Positions 9,150 to 20,200 of a stretch of 64,000 nucleotides of DNA are shown here, piece by piece (position 1 is the first letter of the stretch; every line of letters starts with the position of its first letter). The notes under the pieces are model-generated. The model searched no databases. It was given only the letters and a program-made list of their open reading frames with translations, and had not been told where the DNA came from. The DNA lies in the IMG/VR virus record IMGVR_UViG_3300006793_000020. One strand, written 5' to 3'. Position numbers and translations under genes: made by a program. Source of the stretch: an uncultured virus (IMG/VR IMGVR_UViG_3300006793_000020) (lineage: Duplodnaviria > Heunggongvirae > Uroviricota > Caudoviricetes).

Positions 9150-10028
9150 CTAGAAATTTGTTCCAGTTGCCTCTTTGCGATCTTTTTCCATTTGTTCGTC
9201 CCATTTTGCTTTGGACGCTGCTTCATGGTCAAGTTGTCTACTAAAGCTAGGATTAAACCCGTTCTCTTGTAACAGATCATCACGTATATTTTGATTACGC
9301 TTTTCAAGATTAAGAACTCTTGTAAAACTATTTGTAACAACTGCTGTGTAGTACGCAAATGGGTTTTGACTCTTTGCTTCGTTAAATTTTAAACCTATCT
9401 GAGATAGTTGCATTAGTGCATGACTACGCATTTCATCTACATACGTGTATCCTCGCCAATTACTGCGCATACTATAACGCTCACATAGTTTAATATACAT
9501 CTTTGCTAATTCATTTGTTGTGTGTCCATGTGTTGTGCTAAATTTTCCGTTGTCGATCCCACCTTCCCAGTGGCTTCGTACTACTTCTTGTGTTTCACCA
9601 TCACGTTTTGCATAGTGTTTAAATGGTGGAAAGTTAACTTTAACGTGACGATCTGCTTCTGTTTTAGGGTTAGTCTTACGTTTTGAATCACCAGGTACAT
9701 GTTCAAATGTCATTAATCTAAAGATTAAGTCGTCTGGATCAATTTCTTCAGGTTGTACTCTTGTTTCAGCTTGCTTTGGTTTATCTTTTGTACGTCTGCC
9801 AGCGTCTTGCCATCTTTTGTATGATTCCTCATAACCTTGTGAACTTAATACACTAGCTCTGTTCTCTCTTGCTTGTTGGATAATATCTGGATCAAAAATA
9901 TCTTCGTAGTTGTCTACAATGATATCAAATCTACCATATTCGTCATCAACTGAGTGACAATAGGTTAGTTTACTTTTATGTATTTCCTTCAGCATATCCT
10001 TGTTGTTAAGATAATTCTGTTTTCTCAT
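9150..10028 (-). CDS. gp55: Late transcription sigma factor
   Basis: NYLNNKD, NWRGYTYVDEM, KFNEAKSQNPFAYYT; upstream of gp47/gp46 as in T4-like phages. Confidence 0.92.
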   Translation of the reverse strand: MRKQNYLNNKDMLKEIHKSKLTYCHSVDDEYGRFDIIVDNYEDIFDPDIIQQARENRASVLSSQGYEESYKRWQDAGRRTKDKPKQAETRVQPEEIDPDDLIFRLMTFEHVPGDSKRKTNPKTEADRHVKVNFPPFKHYAKRDGETQEVVRSHWEGGIDNGKFSTTHGHTTNELAKMYIKLCERYSMRSNWRGYTYVDEMRSHALMQLSQIGLKFNEAKSQNPFAYYTAVVTNSFTRVLNLEKRNQNIRDDLLQENGFNPSFSRQLDHEAASKAKWDEQMEKDRKEATGTNF

Positions 10029-10050
10029 AGTTTTTCCTTAAATTAGTGTT

Positions 10051-10078
10051 ATTATAACACATCTAGATATAATGTCAA
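10051..10078 (-). promoter_or_regulatory. sigma70-type promoter for gp55
   Basis: TTGACA (10078-10073), 16 nt, TATAAT (10056-10051) with extended TG; AAGGA RBS follows. Confidence 0.7.
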
Positions 10079-10111
10079 GTTCTTCTGGTTATAGTTGTAG
10101 TTTACTGGTGC

Positions 10112-10119
10112 TATAAATA
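10112..10119 (+). promoter_or_regulatory. T4-type late promoter
   Basis: Exact TATAAATA, followed by AGGAG and ATG 10139. Confidence 0.8.
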
Positions 10120-10138
10120 GTATGATAGGAGAATAGAC

Positions 10139-10729
10139 ATGAGATACTCACAACTTACAGAAGCTGAAGCAACTGATATTGCCGTTATGTACGGAGGTAG
10201 ATTTCAGCCTATGCACAGTGGTCATCATAAAGTTTACATGAACCTTGTTCGTAAGTTTGGTTCCTCTAATGTATTTATCGCTACTACAATTGCTAAAAAT
10301 GCGCAACCTGAAAAGGATCCGTTTAGTTATGAGGAAAAGACAGGCATTATGACAGACATGTTTGGTATACCTGCTGACAAAATTGTACGCACTAGTCCAT
10401 ATCAACCTGACATTAGCTTAACTAACAAAGATCCAAATAATACTGCGGTACTACTGGTGTTTAGTGAAAAGGATGCAGGACGTTTAAAAACTGGTGGATA
10501 TTTACGTATGTATCAAGACGGCAAACCATTAGTAAGTAGTGACGAAGCTGGATATATTTACACTGTTCCAGTAGAAGATGATGGACGTAGTGCTACTACG
10601 TTTAGAAATGTAATGCGGATGGATGGTATAGAAGAAAAGAAAAGACAAGAAGCATTTACAGATTTCTTTGGTACATTTAATCCACAAGTATATGAATTTA
10701 TAAAGGATAAACTAAATGGCAGTGTCTAA
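10139..10729 (+). CDS. Cytidylyltransferase-like (HxGH nucleotidyltransferase) protein
   Basis: GRFQPMHSGH motif, DPFSYEEK, SATTFR. Confidence 0.8.
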   Translation: MRYSQLTEAEATDIAVMYGGRFQPMHSGHHKVYMNLVRKFGSSNVFIATTIAKNAQPEKDPFSYEEKTGIMTDMFGIPADKIVRTSPYQPDISLTNKDPNNTAVLLVFSEKDAGRLKTGGYLRMYQDGKPLVSSDEAGYIYTVPVEDDGRSATTFRNVMRMDGIEEKKRQEAFTDFFGTFNPQVYEFIKDKLNGSV

Positions 10730-11324
10730 TGAAGCAAGAACAAAACTAACTGGTCCAGCAAGCTATTATAGTGGCCCTGCGGCGGAATTAAGTAATACTG
10801 ACGGTATAGTATTTGCTATTCAGCCGGATATTGTATATAACCAAGCAGTAAATTATACACCCTATAATTTAACTCATACAAATTATACAACATATGCATA
10901 CAGTGGAACCCCCAGTCCAACTATACAAGTAACAGCACAATTTAGTAATGTTACACAAGAAGAACATCTTTATACACAAGGAGTTATTCACTTCTTACGT
11001 AGTGTATCAAAAATGTATTATGGGTTTACAGATGCTAACCTATCACCAGTTGCAGGCACACCACCTCCTCTTTTACATTTTAGTAGTTTTGGAGAACAAA
11101 TGTTTAACAATATACCTGTGCTACTAGGAAATGTAAGTATACCGTTTCAAAGTGACACTGATTTAGTTGAAGTGATTGGCGCAAGCGGTAAACCGCAAGC
11201 ATTGCCAGCAGTACAAACTATTGCTCTAGACTTATTAGTTTCAGTTAACCCAGCAAAGCAAAAAAAGGATTTTAGCAAACACGATTTTATTAGTGGGTCA
11301 GCATACGGAAAAGGATTTATCTAA
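10716..11324 (+). CDS. Putative tail tube initiator/baseplate protein
   Basis: GTPPPLLHF...IPVLL pattern of contractile-tail tube initiators; precedes gp53-like and hub genes. Confidence 0.55.
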   Translation: MAVSNEARTKLTGPASYYSGPAAELSNTDGIVFAIQPDIVYNQAVNYTPYNLTHTNYTTYAYSGTPSPTIQVTAQFSNVTQEEHLYTQGVIHFLRSVSKMYYGFTDANLSPVAGTPPPLLHFSSFGEQMFNNIPVLLGNVSIPFQSDTDLVEVIGASGKPQALPAVQTIALDLLVSVNPAKQKKDFSKHDFISGSAYGKGFI

Positions 11325-11623
11325 TGGCAAATTATTCAAACTCTAGTAACTATGCGCAAACTACACAAAACAAAAAGTACTTGAACATATATAACCCAAA
11401 ATTAAAAAACGCCAACCTTAGTCAGCAAGTAAAACTGGTTAAAATTGACAATCGTTATCACAAACGACCTGACTTATTTGCATTTGAAATTTACGGCAAC
11501 TCGAGATACTGGTGGGTGTTTGTACACTATAATCGTGATAAGCTAAGAGATCCAATTAATGACTTTGTAGCAGGTTTAGAAATTAAAGTACCATCAAAGT
11601 CAACAGCATTCGGAGCAAGTTAA
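11324..11623 (+). CDS. gp53: Baseplate wedge protein, gp53/LysM-like
   Basis: RPDLFAFEIYGNSRYWWVF...N...GLEIKVP. Confidence 0.75.
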   Translation: MANYSNSSNYAQTTQNKKYLNIYNPKLKNANLSQQVKLVKIDNRYHKRPDLFAFEIYGNSRYWWVFVHYNRDKLRDPINDFVAGLEIKVPSKSTAFGAS

Positions 11624-14476
11624 ATGCCAATCAGAAATAACACCAATGGTGGTGAACTTAGTGCATTGGATCGAATAGCAGAAAGAAATTTTGCCGCCGC
11701 TCAAGAAGCCGCTAGAAATGCAAGTCTCGAAACTCGAGATGCTGTTAGAAGTAGTGCAAGTAAATATCAACCAAATGTTTTAAATCAATTCGATACCTAC
11801 ACTTATAATTGGGCAATCCATATGATTAGTCCACTCAAAGCCCAACAATTTGAAGAAAATCTTGACAATAAAGAATTTATTACACTTGCTGAAACAGGTG
11901 TTGAAAATGAGATTAGTATTGAAAATGTAATACAGCAAACACAGTTAGCATTTGCAAAAGAAAATAGAAATGCAGTAGCTAATAGTTTTGATATTACATT
12001 CACTGAAGTTCTTGGTATGACATTTTATAATCGTATAATACTAGCAGCCAAACAACTAAAACTTGAAAATCACTTAGAAGCAACATATTTGCTTGAGCTA
12101 AACTTCCGTGGGTGGAATCAAGACGGCAGTGCAATGGCAGACAAAGAGGTAGGACCGTTTTACTATGTTACTGACATTACAGACTTTCAAATAAAACATA
12201 CTGATAGTGCAACAAATTATCAAGTTACATTTATTGAAACTGAATATTCTGCATATAATCGTATGGACTTTCACTTGAAATCAGATATAAGTGTACGTGC
12301 TGCAACGTTTGGAGAATTTTTAGATAACTTTACAACAGAACTTAACAGAGAATGTGAGAAACATTGTGATACAACTATTGCTAGAATGTATCCAAGTATA
12401 TATGAGTTTGGAACGATAGATGAAACTGACCAGTGGCGTGACTGGGTGTTTGATGCTGTTACTGGTGAACATATTGAAGAAAGTCGCAACGTTAGTATGT
12501 CAGCGGCAGGTAATGTTATTGAATTTACGTTACACAAAGGAACAAGTATGACGGCAGCCGTTGCAGCGGCAGTACTACAAACAAAAGAATTTAAAAAGAT
12601 ACCAATTGTTGGAAGAAACCAATTTGCCAAAGCAAATGCCAATGACGGCATAGCAAAATCTACTAAATTGGCAGATATGTTAAAATGGTTTTCATTTAAA
12701 ACAGAAGTTGAGTATAAAAATAATTATGATCCAGTAGCTAAAAGCTATCAGCGTAAATTTATATACAACATTCAGGCTTATATTACACCAGAGGGTATAC
12801 ATGATCCTGTAAGTTTTGGTCAACTAACACAAGATTCTGAGTTACAACAGAAAAGATTAAACAATATACTTACCCATGGTCTACTAAAAAAACGTTATGA
12901 CTACACATACACTGGACTTAATAGTGAAGTACTGAATTTAGATTTAAGTTTTAACACTTTGTTTTTTGTTACGCAACCTATTGCTGGCGGATCACTTGGC
13001 ACAAATGCATCCTTTCCAGGACTGGATGCCGCAGAAGCAAGAAGTTACGAAGCAAAAGCACAATACGTTGATGCTGTTAATCGGGTTAAAAGTATAAAAC
13101 GTGAGATTGAACGATTAGAAGCGAAGACGGATATAGGAGTTAACGTTTCACCAAATGAAGATTTTTTTGTACAACAACAAATTCAAGACAATAAAAGCCA
13201 ACTAGAAGCCGCCAAAAAGGAGGTGATTTCGACTGAAAAAACAGCACAAGAAGCAGGGGCAGAACTACGTGAACGAACAGCCAATCCAGCGGAATTGAAA
13301 CTTAATCCTATAACAAATAGGTATATAACACAAAGTGATGTTTTTGCTGGATCACATCGAGAACGAAAAGTACAAAATGAACTTAACGAATCTATGCAAT
13401 TTGATTATCGTACAGTAGGAGATAGTTTAGCAGCTAGTGGTGCTGATACACTGGATGACCCTGGAACTGCAATGCTTGGTGCACTAGAGCTTAATCTTAA
13501 TGCAACTGGTGAAATGGTTGATCAAAGACTTGAAATACGTGGAGATCCATACTGGTTAGGTAAACCAAAAGGAGCCAGTATTTCAAATAGTAATCAAGCA
13601 GACTATGATGTTGGTGGTGTTGGATACTTTCTAAATGTACGTTTGCCAGTTTATGAAAATGAAGAAGGCTTTATGAATCAAGAGCTTACTAATTTTAGTA
13701 TAACTGCACTTTATCGTGTTATCACAGTAACTAGTACATACATGATGGGAGAGTTTAAACAAACACTTGAAAGTTTTAGAGATACAAATACAAATAATGA
13801 AGAGTTGCTGGACCAACTACTAGAAGGAAGAGTAATTGGACAACCAACTAGAACGTTGAAGCAAGGTTATCAAGGACCTAACCCAGACCCAGAGAATGAT
13901 GTACTACCAAATGAAGTTGCTAGTCAACAACAACCTGATACTAGCACAACACTTGATCCAAATGCAACTGGATCTGGCAATGGTACTATAACTGGTAGTA
14001 ATAATACGACAGGATCTACATCTAATATAGATCCTCGATTATTGAGTTCTATGGAAGCGGCGGCAGCAGCAACTGGGCTAACTGGTGTTATATCACCAAG
14101 AGGCGGAAATAGAGGACCTGGCGGAAGTGGCAGACATAATGGGTATGCAGCTGACATTAGTCTTTATGATGGTAATAGATTATTATCTGTGGAAAATCCT
14201 GCTGATCTTGCTCTTATACAAAACTATACACAAAACTTCTTAAATGACACTCGTGCAAACGGGTTAACACCAAGTGTTGGTATTGCCAATCCTAATGAAG
14301 GAACTGGAAGAGAACTGTATATGAGTGGTGTAGTACATCATTATGATATTGCGATGACACCAGGAATTGGTGCAAACCTAAGTTCAAATGCTGCACCCTA
14401 TTGGGGCGGATCTGGTGATACACGAGACCATAGCACACCAAGTTGGCTAGTAAATATGTATAATGCAACGAACTAA
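11624..14476 (+). CDS. Putative baseplate hub protein with C-terminal M15-like peptidase domain
   Basis: Lies between gp53-like and spike genes; LEIRGDPYWL motif; low-complexity linker then SGRHNGYAAD...HHYD. Confidence 0.6.
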   Translation: MPIRNNTNGGELSALDRIAERNFAAAQEAARNASLETRDAVRSSASKYQPNVLNQFDTYTYNWAIHMISPLKAQQFEENLDNKEFITLAETGVENEISIENVIQQTQLAFAKENRNAVANSFDITFTEVLGMTFYNRIILAAKQLKLENHLEATYLLELNFRGWNQDGSAMADKEVGPFYYVTDITDFQIKHTDSATNYQVTFIETEYSAYNRMDFHLKSDISVRAATFGEFLDNFTTELNRECEKHCDTTIARMYPSIYEFGTIDETDQWRDWVFDAVTGEHIEESRNVSMSAAGNVIEFTLHKGTSMTAAVAAAVLQTKEFKKIPIVGRNQFAKANANDGIAKSTKLADMLKWFSFKTEVEYKNNYDPVAKSYQRKFIYNIQAYITPEGIHDPVSFGQLTQDSELQQKRLNNILTHGLLKKRYDYTYTGLNSEVLNLDLSFNTLFFVTQPIAGGSLGTNASFPGLDAAEARSYEAKAQYVDAVNRVKSIKREIERLEAKTDIGVNVSPNEDFFVQQQIQDNKSQLEAAKKEVISTEKTAQEAGAELRERTANPAELKLNPITNRYITQSDVFAGSHRERKVQNELNESMQFDYRTVGDSLAASGADTLDDPGTAMLGALELNLNATGEMVDQRLEIRGDPYWLGKPKGASISNSNQADYDVGGVGYFLNVRLPVYENEEGFMNQELTNFSITALYRVITVTSTYMMGEFKQTLESFRDTNTNNEELLDQLLEGRVIGQPTRTLKQGYQGPNPDPENDVLPNEVASQQQPDTSTTLDPNATGSGNGTITGSNNTTGSTSNIDPRLLSSMEAAAAATGLTGVISPRGGNRGPGGSGRHNGYAADISLYDGNRLLSVENPADLALIQNYTQNFLNDTRANGLTPSVGIANPNEGTGRELYMSGVVHHYDIAMTPGIGANLSSNAAPYWGGSGDTRDHSTPSWLVNMYNATN

Positions 14477-14490
14477 GTAAAAGGATTAAA

Positions 14491-15972
14491 ATGTCAAAAG
14501 AGCAAAATAGATCAACAAATTTAAACCGTGAAAGTATCGGTGTTCCTGCAGCATATACAAGCGGGAACCGAAGCGGCATGGGTATGCCAAATGGTGTATA
14601 TAGTGCTAAGGTTATTGAAATTTCGGATGCAGATTATGGCGGTGCAATATATGTTCAAATTTTAGGATCACACAGATTTGGAGATACAGACACTCGAGAG
14701 CAAAGACAACTATTTCCAAAAGTAAGAACTGTTTCTCCTTTTGGTGGTTCAATTAGTATGCTAGATGCTACAGTTACATATGGTGCATCCTTCCCTCCAC
14801 CAGCACCAGGTACTGAGGTACTTGTTGCATTTACTGGTGATGATGTAACTGGGTTTTTACTTGGCGTTTTGCCAACTGTTGGCAAAAACAGTGCAGTACC
14901 AGGTTTACCAGCTAGCAAAATCGAAAACGAAGATACAATTGGTCCCAGTATTGATCCTGGACAAAAACAACAGCAAAATTCTAGACCAAGACATCCAGTT
15001 GCAAATGCAGTTGCCGGTCAGGGTACAGGATTAGACCCAATACGTGGTATTGGCAGTAGTGGTGGTAGACGAGAATCTCCAAGCAATGTAGCAGGATTTT
15101 TAACACCAGCAGGACACAGTTTTGTAATGGATGATGGCACAGTTGCATTTAAAGAAGGTGAAAACTATGTTCCAGACCAATCACGTGAAGAAGGAATGGA
15201 TAATTTAATTCGCTTACGCAGTGCAGGCGGTGCGCAAATGCTACTAAACGACAGTGCAGGTATTGTATACATAACAAACCAAAAAGGCACTAGTTGGATG
15301 CAATTGGACAGCGAGGGTAATGTAGATGTATATGCGGCAGGCAGTGTAAGTTATCATGCAGAAAAAGACTTTAACTTTTATGCTGGAGGTGACATTAATA
15401 TGGATGCTGATACATTCAATATTATGGCACGTGGTGCTGCTGGTATACAAGCGGAAACATCAACAGGTCCAATACAACTTAAAGCAAATAAAGATATACG
15501 TCTAACAACTGACTTAAACTTACAACTCAAGGCTGCAGGCTTTGGTAGAATTAGTACTGAAGGTATGTTAGACTTGAACGGTCCATCAGCATTTGGCGCA
15601 GTTGGTCCAACAGCTGGCAATATAGGTGTAAACCGTACCGTTAAAACTAGTATCAACCCAAGAGTGCCAGAACACGAACCTTGGGGAGGACACAGTGCAC
15701 AAGGAAGTAAAGTAGCCGCACAAGCACCATCAAGTGCACGAACAAGCACAAAAGATTATGATACATCTAATTTAACACAACCAAAGTCAGACAAAAAACT
15801 TCCTCAATATTATAGTGGTAATAGTAATGCTGAAGAAGATAAAACTGGTGAAATTGCAACACGGCGTAATCAAGTTGTGGATAAAAGAAATGGAAGTTCA
15901 ATGTCGTCTGGACAAGCTGGTGCAACAAATGCCACTGACCCTAGCTCTGTTGAACGGAGACAGCCGAGATGA
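14491..15972 (+). CDS. Baseplate central spike, gp5/VgrG/gpV-like, without a lysozyme domain
   Basis: PPAPGTEVLVAF OB-fold motif, TPAGHSFVMDDG, beta-helix-type repeats, RVPEHEPWGGH tip. Confidence 0.75.
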   Translation: MSKEQNRSTNLNRESIGVPAAYTSGNRSGMGMPNGVYSAKVIEISDADYGGAIYVQILGSHRFGDTDTREQRQLFPKVRTVSPFGGSISMLDATVTYGASFPPPAPGTEVLVAFTGDDVTGFLLGVLPTVGKNSAVPGLPASKIENEDTIGPSIDPGQKQQQNSRPRHPVANAVAGQGTGLDPIRGIGSSGGRRESPSNVAGFLTPAGHSFVMDDGTVAFKEGENYVPDQSREEGMDNLIRLRSAGGAQMLLNDSAGIVYITNQKGTSWMQLDSEGNVDVYAAGSVSYHAEKDFNFYAGGDINMDADTFNIMARGAAGIQAETSTGPIQLKANKDIRLTTDLNLQLKAAGFGRISTEGMLDLNGPSAFGAVGPTAGNIGVNRTVKTSINPRVPEHEPWGGHSAQGSKVAAQAPSSARTSTKDYDTSNLTQPKSDKKLPQYYSGNSNAEEDKTGEIATRRNQVVDKRNGSSMSSGQAGATNATDPSSVERRQPR

Positions 15973-16853
15973 TATTGGAAAAATTTAATACTGACTGGAA
16001 TGAATTTGTTCTTAAAGATCCAGACTGGAACACATTACTTGATATTGAAACCATATCTGCAAGTGACCGTGTACAGTTGGTCACTCTTAATATGTCACGG
16101 TATAATGGTTATAATCAAACTGGTTATGGTGTTGGTACAGTTAATCAGGGTATTACTGAACAACAAGCATATAATATTTGGATTACTGATTTTCAAAGTA
16201 ATCAAAGAACATTATTAAGACAACTTAAATCATTTGGCTTGACAAGTATACCACAATGCGTATATGATGGATTACTATTATATTACATCATTAACGGTGA
16301 TATTTTATATGTAGACTCGGATGAAGGTCTATATGAACTGCGTGATAGTATTGTAAATCAAGATTGGTCCACAGTTGCTAGTATGATTAAGCGTAGTAAT
16401 TTTAACAGGATTTTTTGTATTACAGCCGCAAGTATTATACGATTGAGTGACTATGGAAAATCAAAATCTCGTATCTGGATGCGCCAAAATGGTATATTTA
16501 ATATACGTGACAAAAACGAAGTTGGCTTATTAGATGAAGGAGAGTTACAAAGAGCACGTTTTGCATACTATGCAGAAACACTACGTTTCCTTCCTAAAAC
16601 ACCCGAAGGTATAAAAAGAACTATTGCAAAAGCATATCAGAACACAATAGTTGTTGAACAGTTTACATATAGTGACACTAATGTCTTTACAATAACAGAT
16701 ACCCCAAGTATGGAACCAGTTGAAAAATTACTAGTTGAGGTTAATGGACAAACAATCCAACACTTTTTTGACTTTACTTTACTTAATAACGTTATTACTA
16801 TAACAAAATCACTAAAAGCTGGTGATATCATACGTTTTACTACAAAAATCTAA
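15969..16853 (+). CDS. Baseplate-region protein with degenerate GH24 lysozyme-like segment
   Basis: TGYG...GITEQQA...QCVYDGL pattern resembles phage lysozyme; no obvious catalytic Glu. Confidence 0.45.
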   Translation: MILEKFNTDWNEFVLKDPDWNTLLDIETISASDRVQLVTLNMSRYNGYNQTGYGVGTVNQGITEQQAYNIWITDFQSNQRTLLRQLKSFGLTSIPQCVYDGLLLYYIINGDILYVDSDEGLYELRDSIVNQDWSTVASMIKRSNFNRIFCITAASIIRLSDYGKSKSRIWMRQNGIFNIRDKNEVGLLDEGELQRARFAYYAETLRFLPKTPEGIKRTIAKAYQNTIVVEQFTYSDTNVFTITDTPSMEPVEKLLVEVNGQTIQHFFDFTLLNNVITITKSLKAGDIIRFTTKI

Positions 16854-16873
16854 AACATAGTATTTAATTTTGC

Positions 16874-16881
16874 TATAAATA
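16874..16881 (+). promoter_or_regulatory. T4-type late promoter
   Basis: Exact TATAAATA 5 nt before the gp25 ATG; no RBS. Confidence 0.75.
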
Positions 16882-16886
16882 TCAGT

Positions 16887-17252
16887 ATGGTTACATACAT
16901 TGGATATAGCACAATAGATAGTACAGATATAAACTCAGTTCTTACTGACAAGGACTTGGCACTTCGTGACTTGATGAATCACTTTTACACTCGTAAAGGT
17001 GAACGGGTAATGAATCCAAACTTTGGATCTATACTACATGATTTAGTTTTTGATCCGTTAGACGCTGCTACTGAACGTCTAGCAGAAGAAGATGTACAAA
17101 ACATCGTTGACAGTGATCCGAGATGGATCTTTAGTGAAGTAAATTTAAGCAAACCGACTGATCATCAGTTAGACATACGAGTACGTGTTGTTTACGATGA
17201 TACAGGACTAGCTGAAGAATTATATCTAACATACACAAGTGAGACAGAATAA
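16887..17252 (+). CDS. gp25: Baseplate wedge subunit
   Basis: TRKGERVMNPNFGS...LVFDPL...DPR. Confidence 0.92.
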   Translation: MVTYIGYSTIDSTDINSVLTDKDLALRDLMNHFYTRKGERVMNPNFGSILHDLVFDPLDAATERLAEEDVQNIVDSDPRWIFSEVNLSKPTDHQLDIRVRVVYDDTGLAEELYLTYTSETE

Positions 17253-20200
17253 TGGCACAGGGCGCAAGACAAAGCAGTTTATTTGCAGCTGAAGATTTTA
17301 GTGTGATTTATGAGAGCTTTGCACAAGCAAACTTTCAAGCATATGACTTTGACACAATCAAAAATGCAATGGTGGAGTACATTGATACTAACTATCCAGA
17401 AAACTTTAACGACTGGATTAGTTCAAGTGAGTTTACTAGTTTATTAGAACTTATGGCATTTTTGGGACACAACTTAGCGTTCCGTAACGACCTTAACTCA
17501 CGTGAAAATTATTTAAGCACAGCAGAACGTAGAGATAGCGCCCTCCGTATTGCTGAGTTCTTGGGTTATAATCCAACACGTAATGTTGTAGCAAGCGGCT
17601 ACTTAAAAATTGATACCATCAAAACAAGTGAAACAGTATATGATGTAGACGGAAACAGTCTTGCAAATGTTGACTTGCAGTTTGAAGATGTAACAGATCC
17701 AGCGGCATACCAAAACTTTATTACAGTAATGAATGCAGTGTTTATAGGTAGTAACCAATTTGGTACACCATTTAGTAAAAGTTTACGTGACGGTATCACT
17801 AATGAAATTTATCGTACTACTAGTACAGGACAAAGTCCTTCATCAGAATTTAGTGCAACTATTACAGGTGCACGTAGTACATTTGGTGCGCACAGTTTAT
17901 ATTATGACAGCAATGCAAACCGTATACAAGAAAAAACTCCTGATCCCTACGGCGCCCTTGATATTCTATACCGTAATGACAATGGTGGATTTAGCTCACC
18001 AGACACTGGATTCTTTTTAGGATTCAAACAGGGTACACTACAATTTAGGGACTTTGAAATCACTGATGGACTTCCTAACCTTGTACTTGATATTGACGAT
18101 ATAAATGTTGCAAACGGAAACATTTGGGTACAAAACGTGGACGAACTTGGACAAGTAATAACTAATTGGAGCCAAGTTGATCGTATTTTTGGACTTAACT
18201 CAATATATAATAATCTCAACAATAACTTTAGAAACATCTATACTGTAAGTAGCAGAGAAGATGATAAAATTAGTATTGTGTTTGGTGACGGGCTATATGG
18301 TAATATTCCACGTGGTATTATTAGAGTTTGGTATCGTACAGGTCTTAACCGTAGTTACACACTAAACCCTGAAAGTTTTGGACAAACAACATACAACTTT
18401 AATTACACAGGCAATGATGGAAATACGTATCGTGCTGTGTTTACTGCAAGTTTAAAATCTAGAGTAAGCAATGCAAGTGAACGTGAAAGTTTACAAAGTA
18501 TTAAAGACAACGCAGGCCGGTTCTTTAGTACACAGGATAGACTAGTAACAGCAGAAGATTACAGTATCTTCCCATTAACTGTTAGTGAAAATATCCGCAA
18601 AATTAAAAGCGTGAACCGTGTACATAGTGGACACAGTAGATTTAGAGATTTCAATGATCCAACTGGAAGTTATAGCGATGCTATGCAGTTCTTGGATGAT
18701 GGTTATCTATATAGACAAGACATTGCGGCACGTAATGTAGTTAGTTTGCCTACAAATTTAAACAGTGAGCAAACTTACAGCAGGTACATTAAGCCACTAT
18801 TAGACAACCCAGAAGTTAAAAACTTCTTTTATGATAGACAGTATTATGGTCCAGACGGAGCCTATGCACCAGCAACACAATATACTAATACAACTGCTAA
18901 CATTGTTTACTACAATGCTAATGGTAGTGCAACAGATGCATTTCGTTGGAACCAAGTTACCAAAGGTGCTGATACAAGCACTGGCTATCTTACTGATGAT
19001 ACAAGTACTATACAACGAGTTAAGTCAAATGGTATTGCACCAATGGACAAAATTGATATAAACTCAATTATTGAGTTTGTTACTCCACCTTATAAAATTG
19101 GATATATCAACAGTATTAAAATTGTAGATGGTAGCACAGGTTATACTAGTGCACCAACAGTTACTATTACTGGTGCAGGAACAGGCGCAACTGGTACTGC
19201 AAATATTGACGGAAGCGGCAGTGTAATTAGTATAACCATTACTAATGCAGGATTAGGTTACGATAGTGCAACTAGTATTACACTTAGCGGCGGTGGAGCA
19301 AGTGTACAAGCAACAGCAACAGCCGTAGTTAAAAGTGCAAACACACAATGGGTAAGAGTAACTGGCATTTACAATGATGGACTGGGTATTGATAATAACA
19401 CTGGTACACCAACTGGTATTGATATGTTGGGAAGAGGCAGTATTACACTTAGTGGTGTTATTCCTAGTGGTGCACGTATTAAACGTATTATTCCAAGTTG
19501 GAGTAACGATTTAACAAGCGCAGTAAAAACAAATGTCCTAACATTATTAACAAACAATAACAGTTTTGGATTACGTTACGATGCAACAACACAGGAATGG
19601 GCAATAGTTGATGGTAGTGACTTAGTTACTAGTAGTTTAACTAACAATGATCCAAGTAGTTGGAATCGAACATACGAAGGCGACACTAATGGTACTGGAC
19701 TTGATAACAGTTGGATTATAAGACTTAACTACACTGCATCACAATGGGAAATTGTAACACGTAAAACACGTTATGTATTTGGTAGTGATGAACAAATTAC
19801 TTTTGCAAACTTAAATTTTGCTGAAACATTTAGTAGCGAAACACTTAAACCAAGTCAAGACAATATTAAAGTATTGGGCATTAACACAAAAAGTACATCC
19901 AATAGTTTGCCACTTGGCACAGATTATACAATGAATGCATTTGGATACTTTACATATCCAGACGGCTACACAGATCCTAATAAAATTAGGTTGACACTGT
20001 CGAGTCCTACTAATGATGGATACCCAATTAATCCAAGCGCCTTCCATGACATTGTTGGAGACGAAAATATTAACTTAGGTACAAAAACTGTTGACGGATT
20101 TACATATGAAGTACGTGACGACAGTGGCAGTAATACTGTACCAGGCCGAGGCAACTTGTCAAGCAAATACAGTCGTATTGCTGATGTAAACCAAGTTATT

